Notes under the pieces: model-generated | The model's input: the letters and a program-made list of their open reading frames with translations, nothing else | What the model was told of the DNA's origin: nothing | The model's database searches: none | Shown here: positions 1 to 9,747 of the stretch, in pieces | How the letters are laid out: every line of letters starts with the position of its first letter | Position numbering within the stretch: position 1 is the first letter of the stretch | Assembly (NCBI GenBank): GCA_977018835.1 | Contig: OZ361257.1 | Coordinates: forward strand, 4,960,001 to 5,024,000 | Length of the DNA stretch: 64,000 nt | DNA from: Minutocellus sp. GHC0000111 | Lineage: Eukaryota | Direction: 5' to 3' | Position numbers and translations under genes: made by a program

Positions 1-105
1 CTTGCCCCTTCATTCATTTGTTCTGTACAAGCATCATACCTAACCACAACGAGAAGCATTTATTTGTAAAGCAAAGAAATCAAGTCAACGGCCATCTATC
101 TCTAA

Positions 106-1357
106 ATGAGAGTTCCAAGCCCTACGTCGACCATCATGACCGCCAGCGCCGCCTCCGCTTCCGGCACAAAAAGCGCTACTAATTCTACTTCGACAATCTC
201 AAAGAATGTCTGCACCCAATGTCCTCCCACCACTGCAAAGCACTACCCCCTTCAAGGACCTCACCCATCACAAACTTTTTCGCACTTAATAAAAACTTAA
301 TTCGAGCGATGCCGCCAATCCTCCATCATTCGCAACGATCCGCTAGCCGCCGACGTCCTCCGTCGTCGCATCGTGCCAGGGCAATTCAGGCTGGTGACCG
401 AACACGAGCCCAGCTTGTTTGCCTTGAAGAGACCCGCCACGGTCACGCAAAAGGTAAACATGGACGAGTCTTTTGATCAGAATAAATTCAACTTCAACAA
501 GGTTAGGGGTGACGAGGAGGTTCTGGCGGTACTACAAGATGGAGATGAGCAGAGTCATCGCATACTGGTCAACGTCAGCCCGCTCATGTTTGGCCATGGT
601 CTGCTCGTACCATTTGCGGAGCAATGTCTGCCGCAGCAATTGACATCGGATGCAATCGATTTGGCTATAAGACTGTTGCGGAGAGACATTGACTATGCCA
701 CAGACGAAATTCTCAACGATAGTAGCAGCAGTAGCGGCAAGTCGACAAATCCATCCGCCGACACATTCTGCATCGGTTTCAACAGCCTCGGTGCCTTCTC
801 GTCCGTCAATCATTTGCATCTTCACATTTTGTACCCGTCCGAGTTGGATCATGAGGCACGTGGTGAGAGACTGCTTCCCGATGGCAGAACCAATTTTCCC
901 ATTGTATATGCATCCACCAAGCGGGTTGTGACGGAAAATTATCTGCAGAATAAATGCCGGGTTGAGGAGTTGCATTGGACCGTCCCGTGCTTTGCGTTTC
1001 AAGCTAGTGTGGATGAATGCCTTCCCAATCGGTGGCGTCCTTCGTGCGACATTTACACGAGCAGAGGATACCGCACAATGTGCTCTTTATCCAGAAAAAA
1101 GCGACGGCAATAGCAATGACGAAAGTGCCCATAGTACAATCCGATGCATCGTCATCCCCCGGCAGCACCAGGATCACTTCGACAAGGACAAACATGGGTT
1201 CAATGCGGTACTTGGAGAGATATCGGGCATGCTGATTGCTCGTACGAAGGAGCACTTTGAACCATTCCAAGAATTAGATATCATAGAGCAGATGCAAAAA
1301 TATGTGGCGTGTGAATACAATGATTTGGAGGGCATTTACGAGGAGCTTCAAAGGTAG
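106..1357 (+). pseudogene. GDP-D-glucose phosphorylase / GDP-L-galactose phosphorylase (GDPGP1/VTC2-like, HIT superfamily), disrupted
   Basis: Motifs FDQNKFNFNKV, ILVNVSPLMFGHGLLVP, GFNSLGAFSSVNHLHLH (HIT), IPHNVLF and ELGEISG-like VLGEISG. ORFs 106-300 and 301-1113 share a frame, split by TAA at 298-300. Two further frameshifts at ~1020 and ~1095. Confidence 0.8.
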
Positions 1358-1381
1358 AGACGAGGAGCTGCAAAGGTAGAG
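1338..1381 (+). repeat. 22-bp tandem duplication spanning the GDPGP stop codon
   Basis: acgaggagcttcaaaggtagag followed by acgaggagctgcaaaggtagag (1 mismatch). Confidence 0.9.
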
Positions 1382-1423
1382 ATAGGTAGCACGGAAAGTT
1401 TGTAGAAACATGTTGATCTTATT

Positions 1424-4400
1424 CTATTCTTTATTTTGATTCATTGCATCAAAAACAGATGCAGAATGTATTTGCATGGAGTACATGGAGCTTCCACCAA
1501 CACTTTGGTCGTCAACCCCACCAGCAGCATCATCGGCATTGTCCGTTCGATACGCCGCTGGCATTTCCAGCTGGAAGAAGCGCGTTTCGTCATCGGTGCC
1601 AGTCGAGCTGGCAACTTCCGCAAGCAGGTTGGTGTACTTGCCACGAAGAATGTCGTCGGTAGTTTCGTCCAGATCGACAGATGTGTCGGCATTGCTCACA
1701 TCGTCGTCGATGATCTGATCGCCAGAAGTCTTCCTGGAACCGTTGGCGGCCATCGAGTTATCCAGATAACGCAACGAGTCCAAGTTGTCTTCCGGTTTAT
1801 TCTCATCATCATCGTCATCATCATTTCCTAGGATTGATCCGATAATTGATCCTGCCGCACTCTTGGTAGTCGAACTGGGGGCGCCCTTGCTGCTAAAACC
1901 AACGTCGCTGTTGGACTCATCGACCTCTGGGATGGTGGCCGAGTGTATGGACGGAGCAGGACGAGTGTGGAAAAGAAGGGATTCGTCCTCAGCCTCGGAA
2001 TCTGTCGAAGCGTTGTCAATATCGAATCTTGGAGCATGATGAGACACATCGAGGAAACTATTCGTGGCGTTCTCCTCCTTCATGCGACGGATTACTCTAT
2101 TGGTTTCAGAGAGTGAAACGCCAAGGACACTGTCTTCGATGCTCTTGGCCGGGGATACCTCTTCTACTGCCGGTGGCATTTGACTCTCATCATTCTCAAT
2201 ACGAGTCTTCCAGAGTGCCGAGAACTCAGACTTGTTGGATTTTTCTGGCGTATACTCTCCATCGACTTCCTCGGTGATACCGCCAAGCTCACTTGTGTTG
2301 GTTCCGAGCTCGCTCATGTCATCACCAAGGACAGATCCGAGTCGAAACTCTCCAAGGGCGCTCATGTTGTCGGTCTCGGCGTAGCTCATATCAGCCTCGC
2401 TTTCGGCGTAGGCGGATGTGTGCCCAAGCGCCTGGCGCATCCGCTTACCCATATTGGCAATGGACTTTTCGGGCTTCAGCGTCTGCTTATCGGTAAGCTG
2501 GACGTGGTCCTTGCCGATGTCATTGACGCTCCATTCCGACATGGTCATTCCGCATTCGCTCTCGGAATACTGAGAGGTGTCAAAGTCAAAATCAGATTCT
2601 CCATCGATCGACGGCTCAGGTTGCGACTCGACATTCTCGAGTTTCTCAAAATACTCCTCCATCTTTTGGTTCTTCTCTTCTTCCTTCGCCGAGGAGGTGG
2701 GTGATATGGGATGAGTGTCCCCTGAGAACGTTTGCTTCACTACGTCGGGGTCGGAATCATCGCCACCAAATGTGAATAGTTTGTTGACATCCTTTTGTGG
2801 AAAGGATCGGGAACGAGGGGACAGATCTTCCTCTTTGCTCTTCCGCATAGCTCGGCGGCGAGAGTAGATGGCAGCACCACCAATAACAAGGATAATGGCA
2901 CCACCTGCAACAGCGATGGCACTGATGGTCAGCGTGGAAAAGAAGGATCCCTCATCACCGGAGCTCATACTACCAATGCCACTAACAATTGTCTCACTGT
3001 CGGCAATGGCTTCGGCCTCGGTCTCAGCATCCTCATAAGAGCCGCTGATGGGAGTACCGTCCATGAAGGAAGCTCCAACATTGATCGCTCGGGGCAACTT
3101 GGTGCGACCCTTGGCCTCGGCGAATTCCTCCAACAAATTATTTTTCTGAAGGGCAAGTTCGATTGCCGCTCGGAGCTGCGCCTCATCGGGCAGAGGGTGA
3201 GCATCCAGAGCAGTGATTTCAGTACCATCCCCAGTCTCTAGAACCAAGAAGATGGCCTGGCCGTGGACGGAGAAATATTCACGGTTGGCAGGTCGACCAT
3301 TGTCGAGGGTCAAGGCGACGGCATCAATGTTGGTGGCTTTGATGGTTACACCCCAAAGGCGATCGTCAAGGGTAGCGATGGAGTCTTGGAGAACATTTTG
3401 GAGGGCGTCACGAAGAGCATCAGTGTCGATGACGGGTTCGGCGATCCGGTTGGGGTCCTCCTGCAGTAGCTGACGCTTGTTGGCGTTGCGAATGCGGACA
3501 TCGATGGCCATGAAGAACGAAGGCAGAGCCACCTCGATAGGGAAGGTCTTCTGAGGACGATCCTCAGGAACATCGTAGGCAAGCTCATCGTTCATTACTT
3601 CTTTTTCGTGCCCTCGGGTATCCTCGATTGCCGGTCCAGGATCATTGGATGCGACGTTGGTATCTTCCGTGGCTGGTCCAAGATCGTTGGTCGCTGGGAC
3701 CTCGGGCGTCCAAGTGTCTTCCTGTGGCCCATCGACGACAATGGCAGGATCCGACGGCTCGTTGCCGACGATGGTGCTATCTTGGACGGTGTCTTCGGCG
3801 AGGGGATTTCCCGCAATTTCATCAACACCCTCAGCGGTATCCACAGGGTTGGCTTCTTCTGTATCTTCGTCTTGGACGACGGGCGCCTCCTCGGCAGGGG
3901 CGACAGCCTCATCGGTCTCGGCAGCCTCATCGGTACTGTCCATACCACCATCTTGCGCCACCTCCGGAAGGCTGTCCGCATCATTCATCGCCAAGCTCTC
4001 CTTGATGGACTCCTCCAACTCATCCATGTAATCCACCTTGACAAAACTCGGATCTCTGTACCGCTCGGGGATGCAGTAGTCAATCTTGTCCTCTGCCTGC
4101 CCACCGCAGAACGCCACATTCGGCAAGGATTGTCGATTCCTCACCAAACAAAACAGGCCCGGCTGGCACTCGTCGTCACTGTCGCAATCGCCGGTGCAGG
4201 CCGGCAGGTCGTAGGTCCCACCGTTGCCAATCTTGCTCAGCGGGTATAAATTGGGCACACTCAGATCTTCAAATGCGGTGGGCAACCCGGCATGGAGGTT
4301 GAACCAATGGGCACACACGGTCCACTCGTCGTTCGGGCTGGCACCGTCGGTATTGGCGGCCAGGATCTGCTGGTAGTTGTACTGTCCGTGGTTGAAGTAT

Positions 4401-4981
4401 TGGGGCGAGCAGCGCTTGGGACGGGAATAGGAGGTGAGGGTGTATTCGTAGGTGCCATCAAAGCAATGGGTGTAGGAGGAGGGTGGGGTGGCTGGATCGG
4501 TGGGAATCCAATCCATGCAGGAGACCAGCTCCGTGGGCTGTTGGCTTTTATCCTCATCGACATTTCCTTCATCGAGATCGGCAACTTCATCAACCGGCAA
4601 TTCCTCGGCCATACTTGCCAGTATCTCCTCGTCTTCTTCAAATTCGGCATCGATCACGGCCGTCTCCTCTGCTTCCAAGTCTTCCACATCAGTAATGGTG
4701 ACGGAGGCAGGTCCCGACGAAGTCAAATCGATGGTAACAGAGCTCGCGGTGGCATCGGCACCGCTAACATCTCCAGTGACAACATTGACGTTGCTGTATA
4801 TCGTGGTGTAGTTTTGCTCCTGCTGAAGTGAGCGGCCCTGCTTGTTTTTGTGAGAAAGTCGGGGGACCGCTGCTGCTGCATGTTGATGATGAACAGATAC
4901 ACGATCGGCAGATACGGCCAGAAGACATGCCGAAGTTATGGCGGCAAACAGCCAAGCCGCATGATTCACCGTGGCATGCAT
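1424..4981 (-). CDS. Large acidic single-pass (type I) membrane protein with a Cys-rich extracellular module
   Basis: 1185-aa ORF with an N-terminal hydrophobic signal peptide and the motif CTGDCDSDDECQPGLFCLVR...CGG...DYC. TM helix TLTISAIAVAGGAIILVIGGAAIY is followed by RRR and an acidic disordered tail. Confidence 0.8.
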   Translation of the reverse strand: MHATVNHAAWLFAAITSACLLAVSADRVSVHHQHAAAAVPRLSHKNKQGRSLQQEQNYTTIYSNVNVVTGDVSGADATASSVTIDLTSSGPASVTITDVEDLEAEETAVIDAEFEEDEEILASMAEELPVDEVADLDEGNVDEDKSQQPTELVSCMDWIPTDPATPPSSYTHCFDGTYEYTLTSYSRPKRCSPQYFNHGQYNYQQILAANTDGASPNDEWTVCAHWFNLHAGLPTAFEDLSVPNLYPLSKIGNGGTYDLPACTGDCDSDDECQPGLFCLVRNRQSLPNVAFCGGQAEDKIDYCIPERYRDPSFVKVDYMDELEESIKESLAMNDADSLPEVAQDGGMDSTDEAAETDEAVAPAEEAPVVQDEDTEEANPVDTAEGVDEIAGNPLAEDTVQDSTIVGNEPSDPAIVVDGPQEDTWTPEVPATNDLGPATEDTNVASNDPGPAIEDTRGHEKEVMNDELAYDVPEDRPQKTFPIEVALPSFFMAIDVRIRNANKRQLLQEDPNRIAEPVIDTDALRDALQNVLQDSIATLDDRLWGVTIKATNIDAVALTLDNGRPANREYFSVHGQAIFLVLETGDGTEITALDAHPLPDEAQLRAAIELALQKNNLLEEFAEAKGRTKLPRAINVGASFMDGTPISGSYEDAETEAEAIADSETIVSGIGSMSSGDEGSFFSTLTISAIAVAGGAIILVIGGAAIYSRRRAMRKSKEEDLSPRSRSFPQKDVNKLFTFGGDDSDPDVVKQTFSGDTHPISPTSSAKEEEKNQKMEEYFEKLENVESQPEPSIDGESDFDFDTSQYSESECGMTMSEWSVNDIGKDHVQLTDKQTLKPEKSIANMGKRMRQALGHTSAYAESEADMSYAETDNMSALGEFRLGSVLGDDMSELGTNTSELGGITEEVDGEYTPEKSNKSEFSALWKTRIENDESQMPPAVEEVSPAKSIEDSVLGVSLSETNRVIRRMKEENATNSFLDVSHHAPRFDIDNASTDSEAEDESLLFHTRPAPSIHSATIPEVDESNSDVGFSSKGAPSSTTKSAAGSIIGSILGNDDDDDDENKPEDNLDSLRYLDNSMAANGSRKTSGDQIIDDDVSNADTSVDLDETTDDILRGKYTNLLAEVASSTGTDDETRFFQLEMPAAYRTDNADDAAGGVDDQSVGGSSMYSMQIHSASVFDAMNQNKE

Positions 4982-5496
4982 GTTTTGGCGGTGAATAAAT
5001 GACGTTCTCCTTCGCTGCGTGTGTTTATCTCGGTAGTCTTCGACCAGTCACAAGCGTATCTCAAACAAATTTAATCAATCAATGGGTTCGCGCCGATCGA
5101 TCACCTCGTGAGATACACAAGGCCAAAAATCTGGCACGAGAAGTGCTCGGAAATGAAGCCACAACTGCAAAGCCTATCGCAGCAAATCTTAGTGAAGGCT
5201 AGGCAATGGAACAGACCGATACTAGTAGAATCAATGGGGCCGAGAGGCTGGCAGTTTGGCAGCAACAGCAATCAATCGGCACCAACGCGTCGATGGTCAA
5301 AGCAAACGTCGACGTCCAAAAAAGTGACGGGTTGGAAGTTGCGATCGGCGAGGACCTGCCGACTTGGCGGCATGCGATATTTTTTTGAATTTTTTAACTC
5401 TTGCGCCGCGCCGCCGCCCTCGCGCCTCGGCCGCTCGATCGAGTTCATCACTCGCCCACCCATGCATGACATTGTGAAGTGCAAGCGTGCGGTACT

Positions 5497-5750
5497 CTAC
5501 TAGGCTTACTGTACTGTGCTAGCTGGAGCTACGTAGATCTACCATAGATACTCTACATGTAAATGAGACATATATCATCTGCAATTCTTTCAAAAGATAG
5601 AGTCTACATACATGTATGTGTAGATCTAGATCTAGATCTACGGCGCTGAGTAAATCTAGATCAATCTAGGAATTCCTAGATCTACTAGTACGTGTTGTCC
5701 GGTGCCGTAACGGCACTTCTAGAATCTCTAAATCTTCGTCGTGTAGATCA
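5497..5750. repeat. TA-rich intergenic tract dense in perfect palindromes
   Basis: Palindromes GTAGATCTAC (5533-5542), ACATACATGTATGT (5606-5619), GTAGATCTAGATCTAGATCTAC (5620-5641), ATCTAGGAATTCCTAGAT (5664-5681), TACTAGTA (5683-5690); hairpin GTGCCGT-A-ACGGCAC (5702-5716). Confidence 0.85.
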
Positions 5751-6035
5751 AATTGCTCTGGCTGGCTGGGTCGACGCCAAAAATGGAGATTCAACCACAC
5801 AGGCGATGCGACGGCAATAGCCACCTTCTTGTTACCTCACCGAAAGATACAACGATAAAAAATAACATAGCGAAGAACAGCCGCCCAGCAAATGGCACCC
5901 GAATATTCTCTATCTTGCTCGTTTTGGAAACTCAATCAAAGACAATCTGACGAACAGAATCACATTTGGGGACATGATTCAGGGCCCCAATGGGTGCCTG
6001 GGCCGCCCTGCATTCGGCCCTTCTCTTTCCACCAC

Positions 6036-7196
6036 CTAAATGGCGGTAGATGCCTGTTGTAGCTCCGACAAATGAATGTAGTTGTTGTCACACGGAGCTT
6101 GTTCAACAGAATCACATCGTGGGATATTCTTCACCGACTCAATGAGCTTCTGGGTTCCAATACACTCTGTTTTATGGCCACAGTGACGATTGTTCCAGTG
6201 CTGCTTCTGACATTGGCGACTGCAGTAACAATATGTGTGACATCCTCCGCAGAGCTTTCTCGTTGATCTGTCCAGCAAAACACCACAAGAGGCACAAGCC
6301 CCTCTCAATTCACGAAAGTTCTTCTTCGCTTTTTCGATCGTCATCCTGAAATTGTAGGACTGTGATTTTGGGAGGAGCACGATGTTCTTCTTGACATGGT
6401 CAATCCAAACCTTTCGTTTTGCGAACAATGACTTCTCCGAGAAGAACACTTGAAGGTTCCACGCCGACAGAACATGGCCATTCATTGCAGAGGACAGAAA
6501 TATCTCTTCGGCAGAAATCCAATTTTCGGCAAGGAGGAGTGCACCACCAAGCCGATACTGGGTATCGGCTGGCAAGTTATCGGGTGAGCCACGTAGAAGG
6601 GTCTCAAGAAGGTCGTCTCTTTGATCGAGGTCGCCGTTGTTATAATATTTCTCGGCCAAGATTATCATGCTGTCGTAGAAGTAATTCTTCATTACTACAG
6701 GATCTTGGGCCAGAGACAACTTACACATTTCTTTGGACAAGCGCAATTCGATCTCGCAACCCAGCCCTTCCATGTAGCAACGTGCCAAAGCGTAATTTGC
6801 AAAAGGGTGGCCCTGTGCCGCAGCCTTGCGATACCAGCGGATGGCCTCGTAGTCGGATTGCATCGTAAAGTCTCCGGTGGTGAAAGATCTGCCTAGGTGA
6901 AACTGCGCCCAGGGTATGCCTTTTTTGGCATTTCTCTTTGCCTGTTGGAGCGTCGGCCCCGACATGCCGCAAACGTGGCAGCTGCCACCATCCTTCACAT
7001 GCTTCCCCATTGTTCTACAGTGGCCACAAACGTCGGAGCCACAGCAAAGATTAAGCGTCCCCATGCCCCTATACTCATCCGACCATCGCTTGAGGTTATT
7101 TGAGCAAATCACGCATGAATCAGGGTCGGGATTTGAGCTAATAACACCGGGCTTGAGCACCATCGTTCCAGCGGCAGCCGGAACAGGCGAGGCCAT
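6036..7196 (-). CDS. Sel1-repeat + MYND zinc finger protein
   Basis: Sel1 repeats (AQFHLG...EAIRWYRKAAAQGHPFANYALARCYMEGLG). C-terminal MYND finger CASC...CGGC...YCSRQCQKQHW...HKTEC. N-terminal Cys cluster. Confidence 0.85.
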   Translation of the reverse strand: MASPVPAAAGTMVLKPGVISSNPDPDSCVICSNNLKRWSDEYRGMGTLNLCCGSDVCGHCRTMGKHVKDGGSCHVCGMSGPTLQQAKRNAKKGIPWAQFHLGRSFTTGDFTMQSDYEAIRWYRKAAAQGHPFANYALARCYMEGLGCEIELRLSKEMCKLSLAQDPVVMKNYFYDSMIILAEKYYNNGDLDQRDDLLETLLRGSPDNLPADTQYRLGGALLLAENWISAEEIFLSSAMNGHVLSAWNLQVFFSEKSLFAKRKVWIDHVKKNIVLLPKSQSYNFRMTIEKAKKNFRELRGACASCGVLLDRSTRKLCGGCHTYCYCSRQCQKQHWNNRHCGHKTECIGTQKLIESVKNIPRCDSVEQAPCDNNYIHLSELQQASTAI

Positions 7197-7500
7197 AATT
7201 GCTCCTCAGGTACGGCCAAAAATTCTCGACGGTCGGTGAGATACGTGAGTGAGACTCGCAAATGAATATTATAATTCGAGCCGGAAACGGATGCCGACAA
7301 AACAAATGTACCGTAAAGAAAATAGCAGCGGGTGGTACGAAGCAACACCTGTCTGCTTTGGCTGCGGTTGAGTGGTGGGTCGATTGGTTGCTTGACTTGT
7401 CGGCACGAGATGTGCTGAGCATTGCAGCATGAGTTTTGCTGGTTTGAACCGGGAAACCCGGAGATAATGCCGCTACCACCACCACCAGCGCAAGCCCACC

Positions 7501-9516
7501 ATGGCATTGTCAATGGCAAGGCCCCAAAGCGCCGCCGAAGACATGGCTGCATCAGCATCCGATGCTGTAATTCGCTGGACATCCACCGGAGGTGGATGGC
7601 GATCCATGTTCGCATGTTTTGGCTTTGGCAATCTGTTCCATCAAGCCGGTCTGTTCCCTCCCAGCGCCGCCGGTGGAGGTGCTGCTGAGCCTGCGCTCTT
7701 GTCGGCGATATCGACCACGTCGGGAGGTGAGGTGTATTCATTCATGATCATTTTTGGCAGTATCTCTGTCGGCTCTTCGCTTTTGCATACAAAAGCTTTC
7801 CCTTCTGCTCACACCCACTTCCATATCTTGCCGGCTACAATCTCACCTTCCATTTATGCCACAATCCAAGCCTCGTGGTACTCGACACAACTCTTCTACT
7901 CCCAGCCATTCTACGATGCCACCGTCACATCATCTCCCGAAGACTTGCGTGATTTCGTGGATCTATGGTTGGACTCGTACGCTAATCTAACCGCACGTGC
8001 CAGTGCCAGTCTGGCGGGGAGCAACGTCACGGCCATATGTCAGGATCTGCCCGATGTCGACGATGGCAACCTCATCAGCATATGCGAGCTGGTGATTGCC
8101 TACGGTGGAGATTGGGCATCCTTCATTGAGGATATGCTGTACGAAACGTCGGTGGCCTTTGGTGATGCTGACTTTGCTACGAGAACTGCCAATGCCCAGG
8201 GTCGGATTGGGCCGCTGCAAAATGTCGATTTGATTACACAGACTGGTCTGACACCGACGGCACGAGTTGTGAAGGAGGGATCAGCCGATGCGTATGTTTA
8301 CGTCGGCCCAACAGCAGAATCGTATTATACAACGCCCATACCAGCATCGTATGTTGTGACATCGGATGATGCAACGCCGATCAAGGGTTGGTGGATCGGT
8401 CCAGCCGGATCCGAGTTGCTGGTGTCCAACCCAATGGCTCCCGACAATTCGTCTTGCTTTGACTTCTCGGATTGGGATGAGTTTGATCTCTTTCCTCCTG
8501 TCGATGATGCGTCGACAACCGCGCCTCGCACTGACGCATTTGGTCGGCCGCTGTTACCGGTGGAGCCTTTTCAGGAGCCCTTCTCGACATCTGGTGCGCA
8601 AGCTGCGGCCACCAGCTCAGCTCTGTTGGGGTCCTTCAGCGGCCTCGCACCATCGGTGTTTGCTCAATCGTTGTCCTTGGCCAGATATCGTATTGAGAAC
8701 GATTCTACCTTGAGTCTTGTCAAAAAGACGGCTGCTTTAAGTGCTCTTGATGGTCCGGTCTCCGATCGGCTATATGATTCGGAACTTGTCTTTGGATTCT
8801 CGGTTTGCAGCCAGTGGCCGAACCCTTGTGGTGAAACTGATTCGCATTTCCTCGATGGGATCGCCACCGATACCACCGCTCTTGCCACGACGGTTGGAGC
8901 CTATCACGTTTCGTCAGAGGCCGATCTATCAAAACCCATGAAAATCGTGCTAACCAACACAAATTTCGAGTGGGATAATGCTTTTAACATCCAACAGATC
9001 TTGATGCATTGGTCCTCACCGCTCAACCAAGGTGTCGACCCCGGTTCATTTCTCTGGCTTGAGGACTACAACCAGCAGCCCATGCAGTCCACCCAATTAT
9101 TTTCACAGTTTTTGAATGAGGAAATGCTCGACGGTGCCCTGGAGGAGGTGGATGGAACGAACTTTACTACTGCGATTCTAAACGGCACAACAATTGATAA
9201 CCCATCCTTCTCTATCAAAGCAGGGCAAGAAGTCCAGGTGCTTCTAATAAATTTCAATACACCGATACCTACCCTCGTTGTCGGCCCAGAATTTATCGAC
9301 ACACTAAAACAGCCGATGGGAGACATGGTCGTTGAGATTGCTACAAATCCAGACTTGCTTGCAAGAGTGAATGCGTTTCTTGAATTGGAAGATGATAAAG
9401 TAGAAGAGAAAGAGGAAGAGGTAGAAACGACCAGTAGTCTATCTGATAGAAATGTGCCAATGAATTTATTTGTGTTGATGAAGATGGCTCTATCCATCGT
9501 GGTATATTTATTTTAA
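7501..9516 (+). CDS. Lysophospholipase / cPLA2-like (patatin-fold) hydrolase, probable C-terminal membrane anchor; probable intron 7727-7870
   Basis: TGGGWRSM oxyanion-like motif. Splicing GT(7727)...AG(7870) yields STTSGASW, a nucleophile-elbow-like motif. FLDG is a candidate catalytic Asp. Hydrophobic C-terminus. Confidence 0.6.
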   Translation: MALSMARPQSAAEDMAASASDAVIRWTSTGGGWRSMFACFGFGNLFHQAGLFPPSAAGGGAAEPALLSAISTTSGGEVYSFMIIFGSISVGSSLLHTKAFPSAHTHFHILPATISPSIYATIQASWYSTQLFYSQPFYDATVTSSPEDLRDFVDLWLDSYANLTARASASLAGSNVTAICQDLPDVDDGNLISICELVIAYGGDWASFIEDMLYETSVAFGDADFATRTANAQGRIGPLQNVDLITQTGLTPTARVVKEGSADAYVYVGPTAESYYTTPIPASYVVTSDDATPIKGWWIGPAGSELLVSNPMAPDNSSCFDFSDWDEFDLFPPVDDASTTAPRTDAFGRPLLPVEPFQEPFSTSGAQAAATSSALLGSFSGLAPSVFAQSLSLARYRIENDSTLSLVKKTAALSALDGPVSDRLYDSELVFGFSVCSQWPNPCGETDSHFLDGIATDTTALATTVGAYHVSSEADLSKPMKIVLTNTNFEWDNAFNIQQILMHWSSPLNQGVDPGSFLWLEDYNQQPMQSTQLFSQFLNEEMLDGALEEVDGTNFTTAILNGTTIDNPSFSIKAGQEVQVLLINFNTPIPTLVVGPEFIDTLKQPMGDMVVEIATNPDLLARVNAFLELEDDKVEEKEEEVETTSSLSDRNVPMNLFVLMKMALSIVVYLF

Positions 9517-9747
9517 TAATCGATTTGTTACAACATTCACATACGACAAGGCCGTGTAGTCTCTCTAGTGCCCACTTCTCCCAGAAATACAAAATGTTTG
9601 CCACGAAGACCGCCGGGAGTATAGCCACCCTTGGGGGGCGATAAGTGCTGGAACTCTATCCCCAAGCCTTGTCTAATTGCTTCCGGGGGATCATCAGGTA
9701 ACGCTGTGCGTCTGTGTTAGAAATTAATTTCACTTCAACAGCGAATT

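Noticed and set aside
5702..5722. Helitron 3' end (hairpin followed by CTAG)
   Set aside because: Only 2 nt separate the hairpin and CTAG, CTAG is very frequent in this tract, and no 5' end or Rep/helicase is visible.
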